From positions 667,318 through 731,317 of the forward strand of contig NMRA01000088.1 in NCBI GenBank assembly GCA_002633005.1: a stretch of DNA of 64,000 bases. Reading direction: 5' to 3'. A program made the translations under genes and the position numbers. The notes below the pieces were generated by a model that was not told where the DNA came from, searched no databases, and worked only from the letters and a program-made list of their open reading frames with translations. This document shows, piece after piece, positions 1-12,200 of this stretch. Each line of letters begins with the position of its first letter. Within the stretch, counting starts at the first letter, position 1. The stretch comes from Phoronis australis (lineage: Eukaryota > Animalia > Phoronida).

Positions 1-109
1 GGGCAAAACAAGAGCAATATGGCGGGTTTTGCCCCCTTTCCGGTGACGTCACAGTGACTAGCGAGAAACTCGCAAGTGAGCTATTGCAGGGAACCGACAG
101 ATTACTAAC

Positions 110-241
110 CTGAGTTACAAACGGTAGTCCCAGAAGGAACATGATCGCTGAGACGACACCGCATGTAAGCAACTTTTTGTCGCGCAGATAAGTCGGAAAT
201 TGGTCAATTAAACCGCTTATTACCGTCTCCAACATTCCAAA
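110..241 (-). CDS. SLC6 exon (TM8 end-TM9): [44 protein letters not shown]
   Basis: Acceptor ttgttgtag|TTT, donor CAG|gttagt; 132 nt, phase 0/0; not in the ORF track. Confidence 0.92.
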
Positions 242-3200
242 CTACAACAAACCATAATAATAGATTTGTGATTAAACGCCAGACAAGTCATACACAAATC
301 TGATGTATTTAAAGCCATATTGAGCACAGTTTCAGTATTATGACTATTCCCATGGTACACTATCCAATGGTCAGTGCTCAATAGTGTGATATTATTTTGC
401 AACACGTTACAAAAATCGACTCCTAAAATTAGGCAAGTTAGTTACTGTAGTCGGAATTTCCGGAAATCTATAGGTTTTAGTTCTGGTTTAACAAACTGTT
501 TCATTGTTATTTTATTTTACCTTGGCGTCTGTCATTCTTGACCCACCGAAAAAGCGCTCAATATATCTTCAAAGTAAATGGTGCTTGAAGAACGTTTATT
601 ATAAGAACGTTAATGAAACCAATTACAACAACCAATAATCAAAATAGTAGTAATAATAATAATGATAAAGGTAACAATGATGACAATGACGACGGCGATG
701 ATGATGATGATGAAGCATTATTCAAAATGTTTCTCTGCCTCTGAAAACAGAATTCCACTCGTTCGCCAGATATTTTTACAGTTTTTCGTAAAAATTTTGA
801 ATTTCTGATGATGTCAAAGCATTTTTCTTTTACTTTCAAATTTCAAAGAAAGACGATCTGTCAACTGCTCGTCACTTCGTTGATTTTTCTCCCACAAGAC
901 AAAGCACGTCTCCTTATTTGGTATGGCAAGACATAGACGTAGCACATTTCCCTTATGTGGAAATGTGACCTTTGACATTTGATGTAAATAAAATAATGGC
1001 GACTTCAAGCAGCAGTCAGATTAAGAGACAATTGATGATGTTTAAAATTATTTACAAAGGTATCGTAATATTCAAAAATATATTCTAAAATGCGCTTGGA
1101 ATTCACTGTGGGAAATCACTTGCTTCACTGGCTTGCCTCATACTGTGCTGTCGACGTCAAATTCGGACTGCGATCACACAATCTTCCCTTATACCCTAAT
1201 CTTGTCAGCCAGTTTTTTGTCAGTGAGAGGAAGATTAGAAACTCTGTGGTGACTACAGAGTTTTTCCTTCGCGCCTATTTCAAAATTGTGAATTTTGTGA
1301 TTTTTCGTGGAAATTCCCTCACAGGGGAAAGAGGATAACTCTGTAGTAGACGTTGCGAAATGGTACTTTAGTCAGAAATTGTTTAAAAGATATTTTGACG
1401 AGATTTCGCGTTCCATGCCTCTTTAAAGCTGCTTTGAACCGCCTTCTACCAAAAACTTTTGATTCAAGCCATATATCGCTGTATAATACAACTGGTCTCC
1501 GCTTGTTCCTAAATAAGATTTCTGGGAAGAGAATTGACGCTTCGTTATTGCTTGAGGACACGGTATTGAGCCTGGTCTCCAGTAACAACTGACTCCTAAG
1601 ACCGGAAATATGTGTCTAATTAGACATAAATTATATGTGGCTAAATGGTCTAAATCAAAAGTTATTGTTTTAACATACCAGCTTTGGTATGTAGGAAGTT
1701 ATTGACAAGTCCGTGTAGTTAGTTAAATGTCTACAAACCTATAGAAAGCAACTCTTTAAAAGTATCTATTTTCTGAAAGTAGGTCGCCTGCAGAATTTAA
1801 TATTTGCCATTAATCGGGTCACGTGACCTTATCTTTTTAGTAAAACTGAGCAAAAAATAAAGATACATTCATAGCAAAACAACAATGACCAAATTTCATT
1901 TCAAAAATGTCCAAAATGAAGTCATAAAAATGTTGTTACAGTTATCAATTCGTTTTCGTTCCATGAAACTTTTGATTTTTTCATAAAAATCGTAAAGAAA
2001 ATCTGTTTTTGATAGCCGGCACGCAAAATTGTAATATTTTAACATTCCCAACAGCGTTTGGAGAACAGTGCTATAAGCATACTGTATTATGTGAAACTTC
2101 CATTCAAATCTGATAAGTCACTTCATACTGGGTGTAAGCAAGATAAGCATATACATGTGCCTGTGGTTCTAGATCCTAAATCCTGCGTTTGTACCTACCT
2201 GACTGTCTAAACCTATTGTGAGCAACATTCCAAAGAAACACACGGCCCACAGCGGAGAGATTGGTAACTTGGTCAGGGCTTCTGGATAGGCAACAAACGC
2301 CAATCCGGGACCTTTAACGGATGAGTGTTTACAAGTCATTAAAGATTTAAACACACTTTGTGGAATAAAACTGTCGACTAGATTAATGGTGGATATCCAG
2401 GTTTGTGAATGAAGCTATCCAACGACATATTCCACACAAAACTGTACTTTGTATAATCTACTTGCGGAGTAGTATCTGAATACTTGCAAATGTGATCATT
2501 TTGAACTGAAAAAATTATCTTGAAAAACACACTGTTAGCTACGGAAGAAGTGCGCATGCGCAAATTCACTATTCCGTGCAGAATTCTTAATATTAGCCAG
2601 ATGCGAATCCGCTCAGGAGTACAGCGAAGATAAAACCATACCTTGTGTAATGACGTCCTTGACAGATGTCTTGCTTTCTTTCGCCATAAAACCAATCACA
2701 GAAAAGATGACAAACCCGCCGTAAAAACTAGTCAAGCAGTTAATGACGGGTACCATCATTGCGTCCCTGAAAAATAATAGAATACTAAACAAAAGCTGAA
2801 TTGAATTGGTAAAATGCGAATAGTCTTCGAACCACCGTGCATCAACACTCAGGAAAGGAACAATAACATAGTAACAATTAACATGTAATAAAAATATGAT
2901 ATGGCATTAGATTCCTTAACTGATTCTGGCTAATTAGGTGAAATGTCTTGAGTTTAGTCTCGGTCGGGGACTCAAAAACTTAGAGATCTGGATCAGCAAT
3001 ATAAAATTTCGAGCAACAACTCATTCGCCAAAAGCCTCTGTTCACGTTTTCTAACTAAATTAGAAATGGGAGGAGTTATTGAAACGTCTTCCATTTGTCA
3101 ATCGACTTGGCCAGGTGTTTTGTGGTCTTTGTCAATTCACAGAGGCAACTCCTCTTGATTCGCAAAACGGGCTTGTCTCTTTAAAAGCCACATAATATTT

Positions 3201-6200
3201 TCAACAGACGCTGAACGCCCGTTCTCGGTAGTTGGTATCAAAGACTTCCAGAATCATTGTAGGCTTAAGGTTTCTCGGTACCCCTAAGCTAGAAAAGTCG
3301 GGGGCACTAGAAATTTGAGCTGTCCCAGTTCGTCAAGATTTGCCTTCCTTCAACCCCCCTCCCCCGAATGTCACGATGCTTCATCAAGCTACCCCCACAA
3401 TTTCCACTCTTCCTGTTGCCAGTAAATCCAAGCTAGTCCCCCAAGCAAATACGACTTTCGCCCATGTTGACACGACTTTTGAGGAACCCCGGTTTCCTGC
3501 CGGTCCCCTAAGCTGTAATAATGTAGCTTAATCATAACTTGGTACTGCCTATTAAGGAGGGTGTATACACTGAATTTTGGATTTTTGACAGTTTTTGAAT
3601 TTTTATATCGTCAGAAACTTTGATTATTCATTTACATGTTCAAGACAAAATGAAATTGACTTGAAAATTGCATAGTTGTCATTTTAATCACGTTTGTGAA
3701 AACTCCTTATCCTATAGGGCTGCTCATCAGGCTTGAATGGTAGCTCACCCTGGGAATCTGGAAGCTTGCAGTGGCGTATTTAGAGGGGGGCCAAGGGGGT
3801 CACGCCCCCCCCCCCCNATACTCTGCCGTGCCCCCCCCCCCCAACTCAAAATCCTGGATCCGCCCCTGGCTTGGACCACAAATTGGTCACACAAAGCCTC
3901 TTTGTCAAAATGCACAATAAACCAGGCGGACATATTGGATTTGGGTCTGAGAAGCACTCATGTTTTAAGAAAAAAGCTCAAATGTTGCAATACACCAACT
4001 GGTTGGTTATTTCGCGATAGAAAGCACCCCCTGATGTCTTTTTACGATGTTCAGTAAAACTGAAGCGTTATGTGCACAGATTTTCAGTGAAAGTTGACCA
4101 AAAGTAGCATATGATAACTGAAAAATTTTAAACACGTTTATCTCAGTTCATTATTTCACAATAGTGGCAACACCCTTAAGTTTATTTCTTCGCTATCTTT
4201 TGATCAATTTTTACGAAATAGACAATTTTAAAGTCTACTACAAATGAACTTTATATCAGTACTAGGGATTTTATCTAAATTGATCATAACTTAAGTTATT
4301 GGAATGACAGTTAAGAAGCCTCCGTGAACAGTACCCTTGAGGCCAGCAAAGATGTTTACAAGTATAGATATACAACCGGAACTTAAGCAATTTATCCCAT
4401 CTCGTGTTGAGTGAAACATGGTAGTTTTTTACTGTTTGTAAAATAAAGAGTAAGAATCAAATTATCACATTGATGAAGTTCAGCACATAATTATACTGCA
4501 TTTTGTTACCCTAAAATCAATTTTTGTGATATTGCTTGTTCAAATATTGGTTCTTCTTTTTAACATGCATTGAGTCAGACACTTAAATCCGTGATCGACT
4601 GCGTCCGACTGTTATCGTCATTAAATTACAAAACGTACGCATGTGTTTGAGTACATGCATTGCATGGTGGGAATATTAACAGTTAGCCTTAATATTTCAA
4701 TAAAATACCTGTAGACGTTATTATGGAACTTGTTAAAACTAGCCATTGTGATTAGACCTCCCCAAGCTGGACCAAGCGAATAGAAGATCTGCAAGGCTGC
4801 CACTCCCCAAACCTGAAATGGCAACAAGAGTAGAACAATTCCTGTAATATTCTTCTCGGCAACAGGGACGTAAAATTGGTGCCAGCAAGCTACAGACTTG
4901 ATATAATCGTGTGACACGTCAGTTGACTTGTGAAATCACTTTTTTCACTTGAATTTCACGTAACCTCAGATGAAAACACCGTAAAAATTGTATCAATATC
5001 GATCTTAAAAACAATTTTGTCATTATGACCCTCATGTGCAACAGTAAATTTCGAAACAAAGGAGCTTGCAAAGACTGTTCAGGTTCTTTTAATCTTGCGT
5101 GACTGTGTGATGTTTTTCGGCCGTAAACCGTGTTCTGGTCTCGAAAACAACTTTCTTCTCAGGCATACTTACATTTTAAAAACGACATTTTGGCCTTTTA
5201 GTCACACGTCAGAGGCGAAAACGGTTGCAGTAATTTGCCTATAGGCAAATCAAACGTATCAGTATCTAGAACTTTCGGTTTGTGAGTTGAGTCATTCATG
5301 TCGTGAGGAAATTATCGAAACTGGTTAGACGCAATAACGAACAGTCAGCTCGTCCCGAGCCCAGCCATCGCATCTAAACTGAACTTGGAATAAGATAAGG
5401 CCATTTTATAACAATGAGTGGCTTGAATCAAACGTTTTTCGACAGAAAGCACTATTAAAGCAGATGACTTACCAACACTATTACGTAACACAAGTTTATG
5501 CCAAGCGGCTGGTGTGGTTTTGAAAGTTCTGAATTGAAAAATAATTGTTGAAAGTGCAGTGCACAAAACGTCTCACTCACGGAAGGGTCTGCTAACATCT
5601 TAAAATCTGGTGTAAGAAAGAACAGTATCCCATCAATAGCGCCATCTAATGTGAGACCACGAACCAGCAAAATTGTTAGAAAAACATACGGGGCTGTTGC
5701 CGTCACATAAACAACCTGAAAAAAGAAATAATTTGTCAATTGTAGAGTTCTATTGCGGTGAAACAAAAAACAAAACAGTTTCGGTTGTCTTATAAACCAC
5801 AGATAGGAAAAGCGTCGATGACTCAGAGGAATTGCCTAAATGTGACCAACGCTAAATACTATTTTGACTACGGGCACTGCCATAAATGAGAAACGTCGCC
5901 CTTACAACAGCTGAACATGAGGCAAAAGAAAACGTAATATTTGTTTCTGGTCTACGCCCTGGTTATTTGGAAACCTTACCTCACATTTTAAAGGTAAAAA
6001 TGCCCGCTCGTAAGATCTTTTTCCAAAGTATCTTAGTTTTTTAACTCAATGGCTTGGCAATGTAACAGTAATGACTTCTTTAAGACCTTAATTGATTACA
6101 AACAAGGAGATTGATGCTCTTTTGAGCCGCGGCCAACCACCCTCACCCCTCTCTCCAGCCGCGTTACTGTACCACTGGAGCTGGAAAAAAATCCCGCACC

Positions 6201-9200
6201 ACTTCAGATCACATCTCATTTTCACTGATCCAGCCGCTAAACTCGGAAAGCAATTACGTCACAATATAGCACATGGGTTGACAAACAATTTGCCAATGAA
6301 ATGACAAGCAATTGGACCGTGAACAATTGCTGACTTCCGAAATAGCTGCGCCATCTTGAAATTCACTATCCTTCCAGATGGCGATCACGTCTTTTGCTAA
6401 ACAGGCGTTCGGCGTCACCTGGAGATCCCACGTAATGCGAACGGGAGGTTTCAACCTTGTGGTATAAACAGCGTTTTAACACCTTTCCTGCTGTCGTAAT
6501 TCCAGCAAACTTCCAATGATGTGCGGTGGGATAAAATGATGTAATGGCTTACGGAAAAAGGCAGACATCTTGAAATATCCACGATGAAGGACATCATGTC
6601 CCATACATTTCTCAGTGCAAAGAAGAATTTGCGGCTCCATAGTCGGTGGTTGCGACTGACAAATCGGGAGAATTTCGATCCCAGCCGATGTCAAAAACCT
6701 AATATAAATCAATGAACTTACCTTATCAAACAATGCGAAGCGTTTACTTCTCCAGTTTTAATTAATAAAGGAGTAAATTTCTGTCCATCAAATCTGAGTC
6801 GGGATCAAGCGGAAGTCGCTTTCTCGCTCTCGGTGCTTTAGAAACCGCGAATATGAGAAGTCCGCTATTTAAAAACATTAATGCAGATTTGCAGAAAAAG
6901 CAATTCAGAAAAATTCCGTGCACAGGATCTAATCTTCGAGCTCAGACTCGACTTAGGCTGAGAGTTGAAATTTAGCCAATCAGGATGTTTCTGATAGATT
7001 CAGTCATAGCATCTACATGAATTTTAGCACAGTTACACGGGCTTATGACCGCACAACTTTACTTGAGGCTCAATTCGAAATCTTAGCAACATCGTGGCGG
7101 GCTTCAAGCAAATTTTCACGCGACATCATTGGTCAATTTTGGAGTTAAGTCTCGAGTAAAGCTTGGTGGTGACGGGCCCAGGGCACTACGGTTTAATCTT
7201 TGTACTGGTTCTAGAATTTCAGCATTATTTATTATTTAATCTTAGATTTCACTAGATGGCTTCAGCTAGGAGAGGAAATCACGAGTTTTTACACCACGAG
7301 TTTTATAATTCAGATATAAGAGTCACCGACTGTAACTTTGGAATATAACCTCAATGTATTCGAGCACATAAAACACTTATTGCGAGTACAAAGAAAACTG
7401 TGTTTGGGGATTACACCACAGGCCCTGGGTCAAGTTCAATACCGCTGGTGCCTAGCAAGAAAACCAAGATATCATGAGATTCCTTGAAATATTGCCATGT
7501 ATTCTCATTGAGAGCACGGTCGTGACTTTGGCACGATTCTTCTCGTCGCATGACAGTTATTGAACTCCACCCTAGTGTTTTGTAAGATTTCTGGTTCCGC
7601 TGATTTGCTCCCAAGTACACACAATTAACAACATGCATCAATAGGGCCGCCCAGGATTACACAATGACACTAAAACTCGCTGTATTTGCCCGCAATGCCG
7701 TAAACATCCGCCAGAAACATTTGCTACAGTTACGTCGTTTTCGTGCCATTTGTTGCTGTTGTCTGATTTTTTACAAATTTTTCTCGGTTGCATTACTCTA
7801 TTCGTCCTTCCAATGCCAGCGAAGTTATATTGCTCAGCTGTGAGCTGCAACTCCCACGTTAGAACGTTTGATATACCGGACAGATAACAGGGAATGGCGT
7901 GATGTGAAATTCGTTGCCTTCCCGACATCAATGAGAGGCACGAAAATGTGCCTGATATCCAAAACGATGTCATACGCTTTCTTATCTCCGGGTCAAAAGA
8001 GAGTTCTACCATCGTGTGATCCAGGACGGCCCTATTGCTTCACATGGCGTGATAACTTTTTTATACCTTTCCGGAGCTTTCAACACCTTTACAAAGACAA
8101 AAGAAGACTATCACCCATGCGGCGAGTAAACACAGCATCAACTCCCAACTGAGATAGCCTACTGTGTCGATACTGGGACTAAGCTGAAGAACAGTGTACC
8201 TGAAACACGATCAAAAGCACTGTGCACGTGACCTAATGTGGAATGGAAAACTGTGGAACGAGACGTCTCGTGACAGAAGACGTAAGACAGCATTTTGGTC
8301 TTACGCTGCAACTTCACAATTACCAAATAATGGTTTAACCACATACATGTAATTATTAGCACATCACTTGCTGCACAATTTTTTAAGTAACAGTTTTGGG
8401 TATCGTATTTTTTAAGTGAGTTTTGATTATTTTTTGAAATAGTTATGTGGAGCGTAAGACCAAATTTCTGTCTTCAAGTCATAAGTCATTTTCCTAAAAC
8501 ACGACTCAGACCACCTGGAATTCGAAGTTCAATCAGTCAATCTAAATAGTAAGGTAATTGTCACTTCACTCCTCTTTGCTTACTATCGAGATTATTTGAG
8601 ACATTGAATTCTAAGGTCACTCACATGCGAGTTCGCTAAAGAGCTTGTTCCATTTCAGAATAAGATTCTTAGGGGGTGGCGCGCCTGCCCCGCCTTCATC
8701 GGTTCGCGTCAAAAAACACCACCGGTATACCAATTTTAGGGTTTACGAGAACATCCTCGAATCGACAGTGGGAAAACTTTTTACTTAATAAAAGACTGTG
8801 TGTGACTGAAAAAAATTAATGTGTTGGAGTCCATTTTCCTTGAATTTGAGGAAATACAAAGGTTTTTATATAAGTACAAGTCGTGGGACTATTGCGGGGA
8901 AATTTTCTTCTCAAGCCCTCTCTGAGTTTGTTTGCGGATGTGCTTATTTGCAGAACACTCCGGCATTTCTATAAAAGTATGTGACGTTGTACAGTCATAA
9001 TTCTCGACCGTGGTCATTTCTGACAAAACAGCCTCTCTTACGTCCAATATTCTTCCGCTGGTGTCATCAGTTTTGTTCCATTAGCAATAGAGAAGAGTTC
9101 GTCGGTTGAATTTCTCGTCGAGATATTAGCTCCGTTTGCAGCATTGTTACTGACAAACGAATCATAATCCAGGAAAGTGGACCGGTTCGTAGCATTACTG

Positions 9201-12200
9201 CTTGGTTCAATACAAATTGACGTGTTCTGGCATTTCGTCCATGGCAGTTCGCTGGTGAAAGAGTTGACTAGGTAGAAGAGTACCCATGACATGATGACGT
9301 TGTAGTAGACGCAGCAGATGGCTGACACCATTGTCATGGCGTATCCCAAACCTACAAGATGGAAATCAAAGCAGTCTTGGTTTGAATAAAATTGTAAAGG
9401 AAGGACCGCCAGAGCATGCTGCAAACAAGAACGTAAAGGAAAACTTATAAGGTAAAAACCATGTTGTCCACCTTAGAAATGACTCACTAGTTGACCAATC
9501 GAGGTCGCTAAAGTCATTTATCTAAAAATTTTTTTAGTTTCGTCCTAATGTATATGAACTTTCAATTAATATCAAAGCGAAAATACATTTGCGACTATTC
9601 GTGTACTATTTGGCTTCTATGTGAGTTTAAGTGTTTTTCAGCATTTCATTTTGTACTTTATGGTAAGCAACACAAATGTAGAGATGCTGTACGTCCGAAT
9701 TTAAATGGCCACAACGGTACATACTTTACTTGTGAAGTATAGAAAAGTAGCTCTTCCGTATTTCGATGGATTTCACAGTTATTGCACTCCTGAATCGTCA
9801 CGGTTGCCTAATAAATATCTGGAAATGTCCCAACGATGAATTAAATTCTACATGTATGTGAAATAACGAATTCATTTGCATCGCGGGGTATCTTGTTGCC
9901 ATGTGTTTTGGCTTGTTCTAATAGAATGTCGTATATATCATAAGCGGATTTAGCTGCCCCCCCCCCATTGGCTGCCGCAAAAAATTTTAACAGCAAGAGC
10001 GTAGGGAAATGTTGAGTTTATTAATTAACCCCGGTAATTAAAAGTATACAGTTGAAACAAGATTTAAATGTGTGCATTTTTGTTAGGTATTGCATGTTCG
10101 TCAAGTGAATGTGGTTTGTTTGTATTTGTGAACTTCTTGAGAATGAAAAAAGACCAATTGCTCGGTTGTAGCCGCACTCTTCTTCAAGATGGCAACCTTC
10201 TGTTGCAATTGTGCATAGCTGGGTAGCGACTGAGAAATCGGCCTCGATTTGCAAAAAGCTAGTTGGTTGACAGTACTTTTGGAACACATTTGTGGAATCG
10301 ATAGGAAATTTGCTTTCGGAATCTAATGTTGGCTTTAGTCCTGCATCGGCAGGGAAGTGGTGGTTTTGGGATGAAAAGTGACGATTTCGCGAGGTTTTTT
10401 GCCCCTTCTTTCTTAGTCTAGCTTGGGTTTCATGATCAGTACGAGTGAAAGGGTAAAAAATCCAAGAGAGAATAAAGTTTCTGTCGTGGCTAATCTGTAA
10501 GGCTTGTGATGTGGAATGCCGCACTCAAAACTTGTCGTTCTTTGCATGCAGTTTTTGACATAGTGAAGAAAGGGTGGTGAGTCCATTGACGTGTGCTCTG
10601 ATAGGCAAACCCCTGTGGGAACTGTTCTGCGCCCGCATAGCACATTTACATGTATATATATTTCACAGCTATGTCATCACGTATGTACTGCAGGTGAAAT
10701 TATAACCCCTATTTATGTGAAGTGGACCAGAAAAAGTGTGACTGCTTTTCAAATTACAATACACAAGATAGATTGATGAACCTACTCCATTGACACACAT
10801 TCGGTGTATGTTGTCACAGATCTTTTCAATGCCGTTATTTGTAGCGTTCGTAAGGTGATGCCAAATAGTATACCCGACATAAACAGGTGCAACCGAGCGA
10901 CAAAAACAACTTTTTGTTGTCACTGGAAAGAAACCACAATGAATGAAATATTGTTGGCCGGGCATTGAGAGCATACCAATGTCGGTACCATCCAAGAAGA
11001 CATGTTATTCATTACTTTGACTGGAAATGAAAATAAAGGCTGGAAAGACCGATAAAAATGTCATGTATGAATTATTTGTCATGTTGTTGGTTAGGCCAAA
11101 AAAGCCTGAAATCCGACTTGTTTTGAGACCTGCAGCGCTCACACACTAAACAGCGCCTGTCCGCATCAATATCAGCACGGGTCTTGTCTTTATTTTTTTG
11201 TTTGAAAAGCTGCAAAAACGCACGTAAGCAAGTCTGGGGTAAGCAAGCTTTGAAACACCATGATTTGCCAAGCGATGTACATTCACCTGAACATGATGCA
11301 CTGGGCAGAGCTCGAAAACTCTAAAGACACTCTTAGACACTCAAATGAAGATTACCAACATGGCGGCGCAACATACCACAACACATGCCGCGATTTTTAC
11401 ACCACTACGTCCACAAACGCGCAGTTTGCTTTTCATTTTATTCTGACAACAGCACAATGTGCTTTCAAGAACGAAAACAAAGCTAAATTAAAGGCAGTCG
11501 TTTTTAGTGTCGTTTCAGGTAAAATTCCTTGGAGTTCTAATTAATTATACATGCGTCACTCTGGAAGTGAGGTTCGCCGCCCGAATTATTCCCAATCAGC
11601 TTTGATTACACGCACTTCGGACTGTGTCTGACATAGGATGCGTCATTGTGTACATGTAGGTCAGCTTGAAACAAGTTAGCCAGCTACTTGCCTTTCTCGG
11701 AGTCTTATTCAGTATGCTTGGAAGCTGCTGCGTATCAGGGACCGGTCTCCTATCTTTTTACTCGAAATGGAACTCGAAATTAGGTTTGTCATTTTCTACT
11801 CTACTTTTGGGCGAACTCAAGATAAGTGTCTATTATTCTATGCTCGAGTACACAATAACTTACGTAGATAATTTATTGCCCTTAGTTCACAGTTTGTAAA
11901 CTAAATATTAAAGCAATAAGTTCGAGTTTGAACTCGAAATTTCGAGTTTTTACTCCAGTTTGTAGCACGAAAATAAGGGTCTTCAAGGGCAAACTTGAAA
12001 TAGAAACTCCTATGCATAAACTATAATGTATTCGAGCACAGTCTGATAACCAATTACCTTAAGTTCGCACAAAAGGAGCAGAGAAATTGCCAAAAATAGT
12101 TTCGACTTCATTTCGAGTACAAAGATTAGAGACCGGGCCCAGGATGCAAACATCATAACCACAGAGACCGTGAAGATACCTGTTAAACATGTGTTGAAGA

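Noticed and set aside
5473-5528. Exon-like 56-nt segment (ttcaattcag|...|gtaagt) between two SLC6 exons
   Set aside because: It has an in-frame stop, would need a 52-nt upstream intron, and the flanking exons join perfectly without it. Only RNA-seq could rescue it as a poison exon.
6483-6515. [11 protein letters not shown]|gt resembling the SLC6 KG.KSSGK exon end
   Set aside because: It lies inside a repeat with an upstream stop; the true exon is 8067-8199.
7868-8152. Plus-strand ORF (also 12893-13141)
   Set aside because: Antisense to SLC6 exons and MITE sequence.
8880-8968. RSVLQIS just downstream of EEYWT
   Set aside because: Wrong phase and no transmembrane segment follows; coincidence.
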